Made by a program: the position numbers and the translations under genes
The notes under the pieces: model-generated
Database searches by the model: none
Told to the model about the DNA's origin: nothing
What the model saw: the letters and a program-made list of their open reading frames with translations, nothing else
In this document: piece after piece, positions 1 to 8,612 of the stretch
How positions within the stretch are numbered: the first letter of the stretch is position 1
How the letters are laid out: every line of letters begins with the position of its first letter
Assembly: GCF_000023205.1 (NCBI RefSeq)
Contig: NC_012803.1
Location: 1,950,001 to 1,982,000 of the forward strand
DNA length: 32,000 nt
Source of the DNA: Micrococcus luteus NCTC 2665
Lineage (GTDB): Bacteria; Actinomycetota; Actinomycetes; Actinomycetales; Micrococcaceae
Direction: 5' to 3'

Positions 1-271
1 CGCGGCCCACCTCGTGAACGGGCGCATGCTCGACTTCATCGAGTTCGACGACGACTTCGCGATCGTGAAGATGTACCCGCCGGCCGAGTGCGTGGGCTTC
101 ACGCTCGCCGAGTCCCGCGTGCGCTCCAAGTACGGCGTGACCGTGGTGGGCGTGAAGACCCCGGGCGAGGACTTCACCTACGCGCAGCCGGACACCCGGG
201 TGGGCCCGCGCGACACCCTCATCGTCTCCGGGCACACGGACCTCATCGACCGGTTCGCGGCCCGGCCCTGA
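1..271 (+). CDS. TrkA-C / RCK C-terminal domain K+ transport regulatory protein, 3' end only (gene starts upstream of the window)
   Basis: The frame is open from the window edge (codons phased from nt 2) to TGA 269-271. The tail ...YGVTVVGVKTPGEDFTYAQPDTRVGPRDTLIVSGH... looks like a TrkA-C domain. GC3 is high. Confidence 0.7.
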   Translation, partial: AAHLVNGRMLDFIEFDDDFAIVKMYPPAECVGFTLAESRVRSKYGVTVVGVKTPGEDFTYAQPDTRVGPRDTLIVSGHTDLIDRFAARP

Positions 272-286
272 GGCACACCGGAGCCG

Positions 287-1117
287 TCAGGCCCCGAACT
301 CCTCGGCCATCTCCTTGTCGCGCTGCGCGGCCGCGTCCATGGCACGGTTCACGAGGTCGCCCATGCCGCCGTCCAGGAACGCCTCCACGGCCTTCTCAGT
401 GGTGCCGTTCGGGCTCATCACGGCCTTGCGCAGAGCCTCGGCCCTGGCCCCCTCCTGCTGGAGCATGATGCCCGCGCCCTTGACGGTGGCCGCGGCCATG
501 GCCTCGGCGGAGGCGGCGTCCAGTCCCATCTCCGCACCGTGGGCGGCGATCAGCTCGGCCAGCAGGAACACGTAGGCCGGGGCGGAGCCGGCGGTGGCCA
601 CCACGGCAGAGAGCTGCTCCTCGGCCACCGGCACCACCAGGCCGGAGCCCTCGAAGAGGGCGCGCACGGCGGTGGTCTGCTCCTCGGTGACGCCCGGCCC
701 GGGGGCCATGCCGACAACGCCGGAGCCCACCGTCAGGGGCGTGTTCGGCATGGTCCGCACGATCGGCTGCCCCGCCGGCAGCACGGCGGCCATGGTGGCG
801 GAGGTGACGCCGGCTGCCACGGACACCACCACGGCCTCGGGGCGCAGCGACGGCGCCAGGTCCGTGAGGGTGGCGACCATGTCCTTCGGCTTCACGCCCA
901 CCAGGACGATGTCCGCCTCGGCGACCGCGGCATGGTTGGCGCGTTCGTCCCGCTCCTGGGAGGTCACGGTGACGCCGTGCTGCGACGCGGCCTTCTCGGC
1001 GGAGGCGGCGGAGCGGGTGGTGGCGGTGACGTCCTCGGCGCGCACGGCGCCGGCCTCGAGGGCTCCGGCGAGGATCGCGCCGGTCATGGTGCCCAGGCCC
1101 AGGATGGTCAACTTCAT
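287..1117 (-). CDS. proC: Pyrroline-5-carboxylate reductase
   Basis: 276-aa product starting MKLTILGLGTMTGAILAG (Rossmann GxGxxG) and continuing ...MPNTPLTVGSGV...SAPAYVFLLAE...SPNGTTE, typical ProC blocks. Start set at ATG 1117. The 516-aa upstream extension in the track is Arg/Pro/Gly-rich junk. The ATG overlaps the upstream gene's stop by 4 nt. Confidence 0.9.
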   Translation of the reverse strand: MKLTILGLGTMTGAILAGALEAGAVRAEDVTATTRSAASAEKAASQHGVTVTSQERDERANHAAVAEADIVLVGVKPKDMVATLTDLAPSLRPEAVVVSVAAGVTSATMAAVLPAGQPIVRTMPNTPLTVGSGVVGMAPGPGVTEEQTTAVRALFEGSGLVVPVAEEQLSAVVATAGSAPAYVFLLAELIAAHGAEMGLDAASAEAMAAATVKGAGIMLQQEGARAEALRKAVMSPNGTTEKAVEAFLDGGMGDLVNRAMDAAAQRDKEMAEEFGA

Positions 1118-2001
1118 GGTCGGCCCGTCTCCTTCGTGCTCGGGCGCGGGGCGCCGTCGTCGTCGTGGTGGTCGGTCCCGCCGGCGGCCAGATGCTCGCG
1201 CGCGAACGCGAGCGAGGCGGCCAGCTTCTCCTCGCGCTGGCCCGCGTACTCCACGCCGCGGGTGCCCACCTCCACGCACACCGCGCCGGCCAGGCCCTCG
1301 GTCGCCACGTGGCGCAGGGTCTCGGCCACGCGCTGCGTGCCCTCGCCGGGGACCAGGTGGTCGTCCTTGCCGGAGTCGTCGCCGTCGGTGAGGTGGACGT
1401 GCCGCAGCCGCGGGCCGAGCTCGCGGACGGCCGCCAGGGAGTCCGCCCGCGCGATGGCCGCGTGGGAGAAGTCCCAGCAGATGTGCTCGTACGGCTCGGG
1501 CAGCGGGTTCCAGTGCGGCAGGTACATCTTGGCCTCGCGGCCGTAGGCCCGCCACGGGTACATGTTCTCCACCGCGATCACGACGCCGGTCTCCGCCATC
1601 AGCTCGTGGATGCCCTCGGCGAAGCGCACCGCGTACGTGCCCTGCCAGCGGAACGGCGGGTGGGCGACCACGGTGGCCGCGCCCACGGCCTGCGCCAGCT
1701 CGACGGAGCGGCGGATCTTGGACCACGCGGAGCCCCAGACCTGCTGCGTGAACAGCAGAGTGGGCGCGTGGATGGAGTCGATGGGCATCCCGTGCCGCTC
1801 GGACAGCCGCGCCAGCCGCCGCGCGTCCTGGCTCCACGCGTTGTGCGTGACCATGACCTCCACGCCGTCGTAGCCGAGGTCCTCGGCGGTGGCGAACACG
1901 TCCTGGGTGCCCAGGGGGAACACGGACGAGGAGGACAGGGTCACGGGGATGTCCGCGCCGAAGCGCACCGCGGGGGCCAGGTGCACGGTGGAGTCCGCCA
2001 T
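1114..2001 (-). CDS. Sugar phosphate isomerase/epimerase (xylose isomerase-like TIM barrel; Rv0498-like)
   Basis: 295-aa product with DGVEVMV...VAHPPF...IAVENMY...HVHLTDGD, characteristic of AP endonuclease 2 / xylose-isomerase-like TIM-barrel proteins. It sits between ppx and proC, as in mycobacteria. Confidence 0.8.
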   Translation of the reverse strand: MADSTVHLAPAVRFGADIPVTLSSSSVFPLGTQDVFATAEDLGYDGVEVMVTHNAWSQDARRLARLSERHGMPIDSIHAPTLLFTQQVWGSAWSKIRRSVELAQAVGAATVVAHPPFRWQGTYAVRFAEGIHELMAETGVVIAVENMYPWRAYGREAKMYLPHWNPLPEPYEHICWDFSHAAIARADSLAAVRELGPRLRHVHLTDGDDSGKDDHLVPGEGTQRVAETLRHVATEGLAGAVCVEVGTRGVEYAGQREEKLAASLAFAREHLAAGGTDHHDDDGAPRPSTKETGRP

Positions 2002-2003
2002 GG

Positions 2004-3026
2004 TCAGCGCACCCCCAGGCTCAGTCCCGGCAGGAGGGTGTCCGGGTTGAGGTTCACGTGGCCGACACCGGGCAGGCCGTCCCGGGTGAGGTGGCCCTCG
2101 AGCATGAGCGCGTCGAGGCGGTTGAGGATCAGGCCCTCACGCAGCGCCCACGGGCAGATCTCGAGCTGGGCGATGCCGAACGTGCGCATGGCAGTCAGCG
2201 CGACGATCGCCCCCGCGAACACCTGATGCGCGCGCACGTCCGAGACGCCGGGCAGCTCCGCCCGCTCCGCGATGGTCATCGCCGCGAGGCGGTTCACCCA
2301 CAGGTGCAGGTCGTCCGCGCGCAGGTGCCGCTTCACGAAGGGCCCCGCCGCCGACGGCGCCGCCCCGGTGATCCGGGCGAGGGAGCGGAACGTCTTCGAG
2401 GTGGCGGTGACCACCACGGGCGACTCGATGCGCGGGAAGGCCGCGTACGCCTCCTCGAGTCGCTTCTCCACGTGCTTGCGGAGCTTCTTCACCGCCTTGG
2501 GGCTGGGCGGGTCCTCGGGCACCCAGTCGCGGGTGAGGCGGCCGGCGCCCAGCGGCAGGGACAGGGCGTGCGAGGGCAGCTCGTCCTGGCCGTAGGCGAT
2601 CTCGAAGGAGCCGCCGCCGATGTCGAAGTTCAGGATGGAGCCGGCGTCCCAGCCCTGCCAGCGGCGCACGGCGAAGTACGTCATGGCCGACTCCTGGTCC
2701 CCCGTGAGCTCGGAGAGGTGCACACCGGTCTCGGCCTGCACGCGGGCCAGCACGGCGGCGCCGTTCGCGGACTCGCGGATCGCCGAGGTGCAGAACGAGA
2801 TCATGTCCTCCGCCCGGTGCTCCTCCGCGAACGCGGCGGCCTCACGGACGAAGTCCACGAGCTCCCGCTGTCCCTCCTCCGTGATCGCCCCGTCGGCGTC
2901 CTGGTAGCGGATCAGCGGGAGGGAGCGCTTGTGCTCCGCGTAGGCGACGGGGCGGGCCCCCGGGTGGGCGTCCACGAGCAGCAGGTGGACGGTGTTGGAG
3001 CCGATGTCCAGGACACCGAGGCGCAT
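2004..3026 (-). CDS. ppx: Ppx/GppA family exopolyphosphatase / guanosine pentaphosphate phosphatase
   Basis: 340-aa product starting MRLGVLDIGSNTVHLLLVD (ASKHA phosphate-1 motif) with a later FDIGGGSFE motif. Start ATG 3026 lies 5 nt after the topA stop. Confidence 0.9.
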   Translation of the reverse strand: MRLGVLDIGSNTVHLLLVDAHPGARPVAYAEHKRSLPLIRYQDADGAITEEGQRELVDFVREAAAFAEEHRAEDMISFCTSAIRESANGAAVLARVQAETGVHLSELTGDQESAMTYFAVRRWQGWDAGSILNFDIGGGSFEIAYGQDELPSHALSLPLGAGRLTRDWVPEDPPSPKAVKKLRKHVEKRLEEAYAAFPRIESPVVVTATSKTFRSLARITGAAPSAAGPFVKRHLRADDLHLWVNRLAAMTIAERAELPGVSDVRAHQVFAGAIVALTAMRTFGIAQLEICPWALREGLILNRLDALMLEGHLTRDGLPGVGHVNLNPDTLLPGLSLGVR

Positions 3027-3031
3027 GGCGC

Positions 3032-5866
3032 TCAGGCCTTCTTCCGCGCGGTGGTCTTCTTGGCCGGGGCCTTGCGCGCCGCCGGCTTCTTGGCACCGCC
3101 GCGGGTGGCCGGGCCCTTGGCACGCTTGTCCGCGAGCAGCTGGTAGGCCTCCTCCGCCGTGAGCTCCTCGGGCTGGCGGTCGCGCGGGACGGTGATGTTG
3201 GTGACCCCGTCCGTGACGTACGGGCCGAAGCGGCCCTCCTTCACGGTGACCTTCTTGCCGGAGACCGGGTCCTCGCCGAACTCGGCCAGCGGCGGCTTGG
3301 CGGCCCCGCGGCCACGCTGCTTCGGCTGGGCGTAGATCTCGAGGGCCTGCTCCTGCGTGATGCTGAAGATCTGGTCCTCGGACTCGAGCGAGCGCGAGTC
3401 CGAGCCCTTCTTCAGGTAGGGCCCGAAGCGGCCGTTCTGGGCGGTGATGACCTCGCCCTCGGCGTCCGCGCCCACGACGCGCGGCAGGGACATCAGCTGC
3501 AGCGCCTGCTCGAGGGTCACGGTGTCCACGGACATGCTCGTGAAGAGGGAGCCGGTGCGGGGCTTCTCCTTGGCCGGCTTCTTCTTCGGCTTGGGCTTGC
3601 CGTTCTTGTAGTACTCGGTGGGCTGGGCGTCGAGCCAGGCCTGCAGCTCCTCCTCGGTCATCTCGGGGATGACCTCGGTGACGTAGGGCCCGTAGCGCCC
3701 GTCCTTGGCGACGACGGTCCGGCCCGTCTCCGGGTCCGTGCCGAGCTCGCGCTCGGAGGGCCGGGCGGTGGCGAACAGCTCCTCGGCCTTGGCCGGGGTG
3801 AGCTCGTCCGGGGCCAGGTCCTCGGGGACGTTGGCGCGCGGCGGGGTGGCGCCCGCCTCCGCGTCGGCCGGCAGCGACCGCTCCAGGTACGGGCCGTACT
3901 GGCCCACCCGCAGGGTGATGTCCTCGGTGATCGGCAGCGAGTTCACGGCCCGCGCGTCGATCTCGCCGAGGTTGTCCACCACGTGCTTGAGACCCTCGAC
4001 GCCCTTCTCCGTCTCCGCGGCGGGGGCCCCGAAGTAGAAGGTCTGCAGCCAGGCCTCGCGGCCGAGCTCGCCCGCCGCGATCCGGTCGAGGTCGTCCTCC
4101 ATGCGGGCCGTGAAGTCGTAGTCCACGTACGTCGCGAAGTAGTCCTCGAGCAGTCCGATCACCGCGAACGCGGTCCACGACGGGACGAGCGCGGTGCCGC
4201 GCTTGGACACGTAGCCGCGGTCCATGATCGTGGAGATCGTCGGGGCGTACGTGGAGGGACGCCCGATCTCGCGGCGCTCCAGCTCGGCGACGATCGACGC
4301 CTCGGTGTAGCGGGCCGGCGGGGAGGTCTCGTGCCCGGTGGCCTCGATCGGGTCACCGGTGAGGCGCTCGCCCTGGGCCACCTGCGGCAGGCGGCGGTCC
4401 TTGGCCTCCGCGTTCTCACCGTCGACCTCGGCGTCCCGGCCCTCCTCGTACGCGTCGAGGAAGCCCTTGAACGTGATGACCGTGCCCGAGGCGCTGAACT
4501 GCGCGAGGCGGCCGTCCTGCGCGGCGGCCGAGAGCCGCAGCGTGGCGGTGTAGCCCTTGGCGTCGGCCATCTGCGAGGCCACGGTGCGCTTCCAGATCAG
4601 CTCGTACAGGCGGAACTCGTCCGGGCGCAGCTCGGCCTTGACCTGGGCCGGCGTCCGGAAGGAGTCCCCCGCGGGCCGGATGGCCTCGTGGGCCTCCTGC
4701 GCGGTCTCGTTGCGCTTGGCGTAGACGCGCGGCTGGGCCGGCACGGCGTCCGCCCCGTAGAGCTCGGTGGCCTGGCGCCGGGCGGCCTGCACGGCCTCCT
4801 GCGAGAGGTTCACCGAGTCCGTGCGCATGTACGTGATGTAGCCGTTCTCGTACAGGCGCTGGGCCACCTGCATGGAGACGCGGGAGCTCATGCGGAGCTT
4901 GCGGGCGGCCTCCTGCTGCAGCGTGGAGGTGGTGAAGGGGGCGGCCGGGCGGCGGGTGTACGGCTTGTCCTCCACCGAGTCGACCGTGAAGTCCGCCCCG
5001 CGCAGACCCTCGGCCAGCGAGCGGGCGCCGGCCTCGTCCAGGTGGGTCACCTTCTTGCCGGCGGAGGCCTTGAGCCGCCCGGCGTCGTCGAAGTCGCGGC
5101 CCGTGGCCACGCGCTCGCCGTCCACCGTGCTGAGGCGGGCCGTGAACGAGCTGCCCACGGCGTCCGCGGCCTGTGCGCCCTCGGCCACCGTGAAGGTGCC
5201 CTCCACGCCCCAGTAGTGGGCGGAGACGAAGGCCATGCGCTCCCGCTCGCGCTCGACGACGAGGCGGGTGGCCACCGACTGCACGCGGCCCGCCGAGAGC
5301 CCGCGGGAGACCTTGCGCCACAGCACCGGCGAGAGCTCGTAGCCGAACAGGCGGTCGAGGATGCGGCGCGTCTCCTGGGCGTCCACGAGGGCCGTGTCCA
5401 GCTCACGGATGTTCTCCAGGCCGCGGCGCACGCCCTCCTGGGTGATCTCGCCGAAGGTCATCCGGTACACCGGCACCGTGGGCTTGAGGGTGTCCAGCAG
5501 GTGCCAGGCGATGGCCTCGCCCTCCCGGTCCGCATCCGTCGCGAGGTAGAGGGCCTCGGCGTCCTTGAGCTCGCGCTTGAGCTCCGTGACCTTCTTCTTC
5601 TTGTCCGGGTGCACCACGTAGTACGGGGTGAAGCCGTGCTCCGTGTCCACGGCGAACTTCCCGAACGGGCCCTTCTTCATGTCCGCCGGCAGGTCCGAGG
5701 GCTTGGGCAGGTCACGGATGTGCCCCACGGAGGAGTCCACCACCCAGCCGGAGCCCACCGCGTTGAGGTACTTCGCGATGGACTTGCTCTTGGCCGGGGA
5801 CTCCACGATGACCAGCTTCTTGCCCTCGGGCACGGAAGCGGTCACGGAAGCGGGGGGAGTGGACAA
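3032..5866 (-). CDS. topA: DNA topoisomerase I
   Basis: 944-aa product. It has an N-terminal TOPRIM (KLVIVESPAKSKSIAKYL...DREGEAI), the catalytic region ...YITYMRTDS..., C-terminal repeated GR(Y/F)GPY motifs and a Lys-rich tail typical of actinobacterial TopA. Start set at TTG 5866, just downstream of AGGAGGA. The track's extension to 6139 is Pro/Arg/Gly-rich. Confidence 0.93.
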   Translation of the reverse strand: MSTPPASVTASVPEGKKLVIVESPAKSKSIAKYLNAVGSGWVVDSSVGHIRDLPKPSDLPADMKKGPFGKFAVDTEHGFTPYYVVHPDKKKKVTELKRELKDAEALYLATDADREGEAIAWHLLDTLKPTVPVYRMTFGEITQEGVRRGLENIRELDTALVDAQETRRILDRLFGYELSPVLWRKVSRGLSAGRVQSVATRLVVERERERMAFVSAHYWGVEGTFTVAEGAQAADAVGSSFTARLSTVDGERVATGRDFDDAGRLKASAGKKVTHLDEAGARSLAEGLRGADFTVDSVEDKPYTRRPAAPFTTSTLQQEAARKLRMSSRVSMQVAQRLYENGYITYMRTDSVNLSQEAVQAARRQATELYGADAVPAQPRVYAKRNETAQEAHEAIRPAGDSFRTPAQVKAELRPDEFRLYELIWKRTVASQMADAKGYTATLRLSAAAQDGRLAQFSASGTVITFKGFLDAYEEGRDAEVDGENAEAKDRRLPQVAQGERLTGDPIEATGHETSPPARYTEASIVAELERREIGRPSTYAPTISTIMDRGYVSKRGTALVPSWTAFAVIGLLEDYFATYVDYDFTARMEDDLDRIAAGELGREAWLQTFYFGAPAAETEKGVEGLKHVVDNLGEIDARAVNSLPITEDITLRVGQYGPYLERSLPADAEAGATPPRANVPEDLAPDELTPAKAEELFATARPSERELGTDPETGRTVVAKDGRYGPYVTEVIPEMTEEELQAWLDAQPTEYYKNGKPKPKKKPAKEKPRTGSLFTSMSVDTVTLEQALQLMSLPRVVGADAEGEVITAQNGRFGPYLKKGSDSRSLESEDQIFSITQEQALEIYAQPKQRGRGAAKPPLAEFGEDPVSGKKVTVKEGRFGPYVTDGVTNITVPRDRQPEELTAEEAYQLLADKRAKGPATRGGAKKPAARKAPAKKTTARKKA

Positions 5867-6057
5867 CGGGTCCTCCTGGGATGGGATTGCTGCGGATCCG
5901 GGGCCGACGCGAGCCGACCCGCGTCCACCGCGGGCGGACGTCCCCACATCGTAGGGCGCGTGGACCACGATAACGCCCGGAGCCTGACAGGCCCCTGGGC
6001 GGGCCCGTCCGCCGGACACGGGCTCGGGTCCTCCTGTCCGCCTCCGGACGCTCAGCC

Positions 6058-6063
6058 TATGCT
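6058..6063 (+). promoter_or_regulatory. Candidate -10 hexamer TATGCT (TANNNT), 6 nt upstream of ATG 6070; leaderless-type promoter
   Basis: The sequence reads ...cagccTATGCTcaggccATG. This spacing is typical of actinobacterial leaderless transcripts. No Shine-Dalgarno sequence is present. Confidence 0.35.
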
Positions 6064-6069
6064 CAGGCC

Positions 6070-6273
6070 ATGCATCCTCGTCGGTCCCGCGCCACGTCCC
6101 ACACGGTCCAGGGTGCTGCCCAAGTCGCCCAGTCCGCACGCTCCGGCCTCAGGCCTGTGGGTCCGGAGAAGGACAAGTCGGGCTCGGGCAGGTACTGCCA
6201 CTACCACGGCAACAACCGCAAGCCCGAAGGCATCCACGCGTTCTACGGCGTGGCCGGGCAGGGGACGTGTTGA
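6070..6273 (+). CDS. Hypothetical small basic Cys/His-containing protein (67 aa)
   Basis: ATG-started ORF with about 84% GC3 by my hand count (56 of 67 codons). A -10-like hexamer sits at leaderless distance. Its stop TGA (6271-6273) overlaps the GTG start (6267) of the next ORF within GTGTTGA. The C-terminal half, GRYCHYHGNNRKPEGIHAFYG, looks non-random. I recognise no family. Confidence 0.4.
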   Translation: MHPRRSRATSHTVQGAAQVAQSARSGLRPVGPEKDKSGSGRYCHYHGNNRKPEGIHAFYGVAGQGTC

Positions 6274-6914
6274 CCGCCCCGGGGTCGACGGCGGACCTCG
6301 TCCGCCGCTGGGAGTCCGCGGCCCGGCCGAACCCCACGGCGACGGACGTGGGCTCCCTGCTGGAGGAGTGCTACCGCGCGAGACCTCTGGCACGCGAGAT
6401 CCTCTCGGGCGGCCATCTGCAGCACGACGAGGAGCTGCGCAACCACACGGAGAAGGTCCTGTGGACGGTCACGGACACCGTCACCCTGCTGCACTTCGCC
6501 CGGCACGCCTTCGGCTCCCTCGACGCGTATCTCCTGCACCTCGAGTCGGAGCGGGAGGACGCGGACGCGGCAGCCGAGTGGGACGAGGGCGCCGAGCGCG
6601 CCGACGTCGCCTACTGGACAGGGCTGGAGAGTCAGGTCCCCGAGGAGGACCACCCCTACGGGCTGGTCCTCACCCAGCACGCACTGGGTCAGCGCGTCAC
6701 CGCGATCCTCGAGGTCGAGGACGGGGCAGTGACCGGCTTCAAGGTGGAGGGCGTGCTCGGGCAGATGGTGGACGAGCACCTCGAGGGACTCGTGGGCTTC
6801 CCCGAGCCGGACCCGGACTTCGGCGAGGCCGTGCCGGTGATGCGCCGCGGGGATCCCGACGACGAGATGTTCGTGCGCCATCTGCGCCACGCTGCGCGGC
6901 TCGGCTTGATCTGA
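6267..6914 (+). CDS. Hypothetical acidic protein (215 aa), family not recognised
   Basis: Long ORF with strongly GC3-biased codons and an Asp/Glu-rich, non-low-complexity sequence. It is convergent with the methyltransferase gene. The start (GTG 6267 or TTG 6270) is uncertain. Confidence 0.7.
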   Translation: MLTAPGSTADLVRRWESAARPNPTATDVGSLLEECYRARPLAREILSGGHLQHDEELRNHTEKVLWTVTDTVTLLHFARHAFGSLDAYLLHLESEREDADAAAEWDEGAERADVAYWTGLESQVPEEDHPYGLVLTQHALGQRVTAILEVEDGAVTGFKVEGVLGQMVDEHLEGLVGFPEPDPDFGEAVPVMRRGDPDDEMFVRHLRHAARLGLI

Positions 6915-6935
6915 GGTGTGGGCCGGGCCGTCCGC

Positions 6936-8612
6936 TCAGCCCTCCACGAGGAACCCGTCCTCGTACAGCTCCCGCAGCGCGGCCAGCAGGCCGGCCCGCC
7001 CGGCGTCGTCGAGCTCCAGCAGCGCGGCGACCGCGCCCACCAGCTGCCCCACGGACAGCTCGCCGTCGCTGGCCGAGAGCACGCCCGCCGTCGCGGTGTC
7101 CAGGCGCGCCACGCGCCGGAACCCGGAGCCCTGCCGGGCCAGGATCACCTCGGGGTGCTCCGCCCCGAACCGCTGGTGGCGCTCCTCGGTCACGTCCGCG
7201 GCCACCCGCAGGTGCAGGCCGCGCAGGGCGGCCAGGGCCGGGTCCCCGACGGCGTCCCCGGCCCCGGCGCCCGCGGCGAGCCGGTCCCGGCGGGCGACGG
7301 CGGCGGCCCACGCCCCGCCGAGGGCCTCGTCCACGGGCTGGGTCAGCTCCTCGGCGACCACCCACCCCCGGCCCTGGGAGCCGTCCGCGGTGGGCCGACG
7401 CAGCCACACGTGGCCGAAGCCGACCCCGGCCACGCCGCGGGCGTCGAAGTCCTCCAGGTACCCGCGGTAGGCGGCCTCATAGGCGGGCGGGTCGAGCTCG
7501 AGCGAGGAGTCCTGCAGCCACGTCTCCGCGTAGCCCGCGGGGTCCTGCCGGTCGCGCTGGAGGAACCAGGCCTGCATCCCCGGCGCCACCCATGAGCGCG
7601 GGCGCGCGTCCCAGGGTGCGGCGTCGGCGTCGGCGGTGTCCCCCGCCGGGATCTCCCAGTTGGCGAGCAGCTGCGCGGTGCCGCCCTCGGCGAGCACGTC
7701 CGGCAGGGCCGCGATCAGCTCCGCGACGATCCGGTCGCCCTCGCGGCCGCCGTCGCGGTAGGTCAGCACGGGCGCGGCCGGGTCCGTGCGCGGGGTGATC
7801 ACGAACGGCGGGTTCGAGACCACGAGGTCGAACCGCTCCCCCGCCACCGGCGCCAGCAGATCGCCGGCCGCCAGCCGGACCCGGTCCTCGAGCCGCTCCC
7901 GGTCGAGGCCGAGCACGTCCGCGTTGAGCAGCAGGTTGAACCGGGTGAAGGCCAGGGCACGCTCGGAGAGGTCCGTGGCGGTGACGTGGTCGGCGTGGGC
8001 GAGCAGGTGCAGGGTCTGGATCCCGCAGCCCACCCCCACGTCGAGGGCGCGGGCCACGGGACGGCGCTGCGTGGCGCCGGCGAGCGTGGGGGAGGCCCGG
8101 CCGACGCCGAGCACGTGCTCGGGAGGCAGCGGGCCGCGCCGCTGCAGGGCCGTCAGGTCCGAGGCGATCCACATCCGGCCCGGCTCGTCCGCGTCGTACG
8201 GCGAGAGGTCCACCGCGCCGCGCACGCGCCCGTCCGGCCCCTCGACGACGAGCCCGGCCGCCACGGCCCCGGCCAGGCCGAGGCTGGGCAGCGCGGCGTC
8301 GAGGTCGGCGGCGGGGACGGGGTCGCCGAGCAGCCAGGCCCCGACGGCGGCGGCGAGGCCCCGCGTGCCGTGCCGGTCGCCGGGGCCGGCTGCGTCGTCG
8401 TGCCGGCCGGGGCCCGCCAGGTGACCGGCGACGACGCGGCGGGCGGCCTCGGCGTGCTCGCGGTCCAGGGCGAGCGTGGCCACGGGTCCGAGCAGCCCCT
8501 CGACGGCGGCGGTGGTGAACGGCAGGGCCGCCAGGTCCGCGGCGAGGGCCACGGCCGTGGCCGGGGTCAGCCGCGGGGCGGGGGGCGACGGGGGTGTCGG
8601 GACGGGACTCAT
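6936..8612 (-). CDS. Class I SAM-dependent methyltransferase (MTS-type, NPPF motif), 558 aa
   Basis: Motif [12 protein letters not shown] and motif [12 protein letters not shown], with long N- and C-terminal extensions. ATG 8612 overlaps the trhO stop by 4 nt (ATGA). Confidence 0.85.
   Translation of the reverse strand: MSPVPTPPSPPAPRLTPATAVALAADLAALPFTTAAVEGLLGPVATLALDREHAEAARRVVAGHLAGPGRHDDAAGPGDRHGTRGLAAAVGAWLLGDPVPAADLDAALPSLGLAGAVAAGLVVEGPDGRVRGAVDLSPYDADEPGRMWIASDLTALQRRGPLPPEHVLGVGRASPTLAGATQRRPVARALDVGVGCGIQTLHLLAHADHVTATDLSERALAFTRFNLLLNADVLGLDRERLEDRVRLAAGDLLAPVAGERFDLVVSNPPFVITPRTDPAAPVLTYRDGGREGDRIVAELIAALPDVLAEGGTAQLLANWEIPAGDTADADAAPWDARPRSWVAPGMQAWFLQRDRQDPAGYAETWLQDSSLELDPPAYEAAYRGYLEDFDARGVAGVGFGHVWLRRPTADGSQGRGWVVAEELTQPVDEALGGAWAAAVARRDRLAAGAGAGDAVGDPALAALRGLHLRVAADVTEERHQRFGAEHPEVILARQGSGFRRVARLDTATAGVLSASDGELSVGQLVGAVAALLELDDAGRAGLLAALRELYEDGFLVEG

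Noticed and set aside
5867-6139. N-terminal extension of the topA ORF (track start at 6139, MRTGRLGQH...)
   Set aside because: The extension is Pro/Arg/Gly-rich with no TopA homology. An AGGAGGA RBS followed by TTG 5866 sits just before the TOPRIM domain. The extension would also overlap the divergent small ORF and its promoter.
6070-6914. Reading the small basic plus larger acidic protein pair as a type II toxin-antitoxin module
   Set aside because: The sizes and order do not fit known TA families: 67 aa upstream and 215 aa acidic downstream. I recognise no toxin fold motifs (PIN, RelE, MazF, HipA, Fic, GNAT). It is kept only as an uncharacterised pair.
3983-7798. A 1271-aa plus-strand ORF. 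Similar giant ORFs occur at 12110-14617 (-), 16433-18808 (+), 23861-25723 (+), 6936-10286 (-) beyond residue ~558, and 20343-23711 (-) beyond nth.
   Set aside because: Their products are Arg/Pro/Gly/Ala-rich low-complexity strings typical of off-frame or antisense reading of about 73% GC DNA. They overlap genes with clear family signatures (topA, helicase, tadA, NSS transporter, acs). Long stop-free frames are expected at this GC content.
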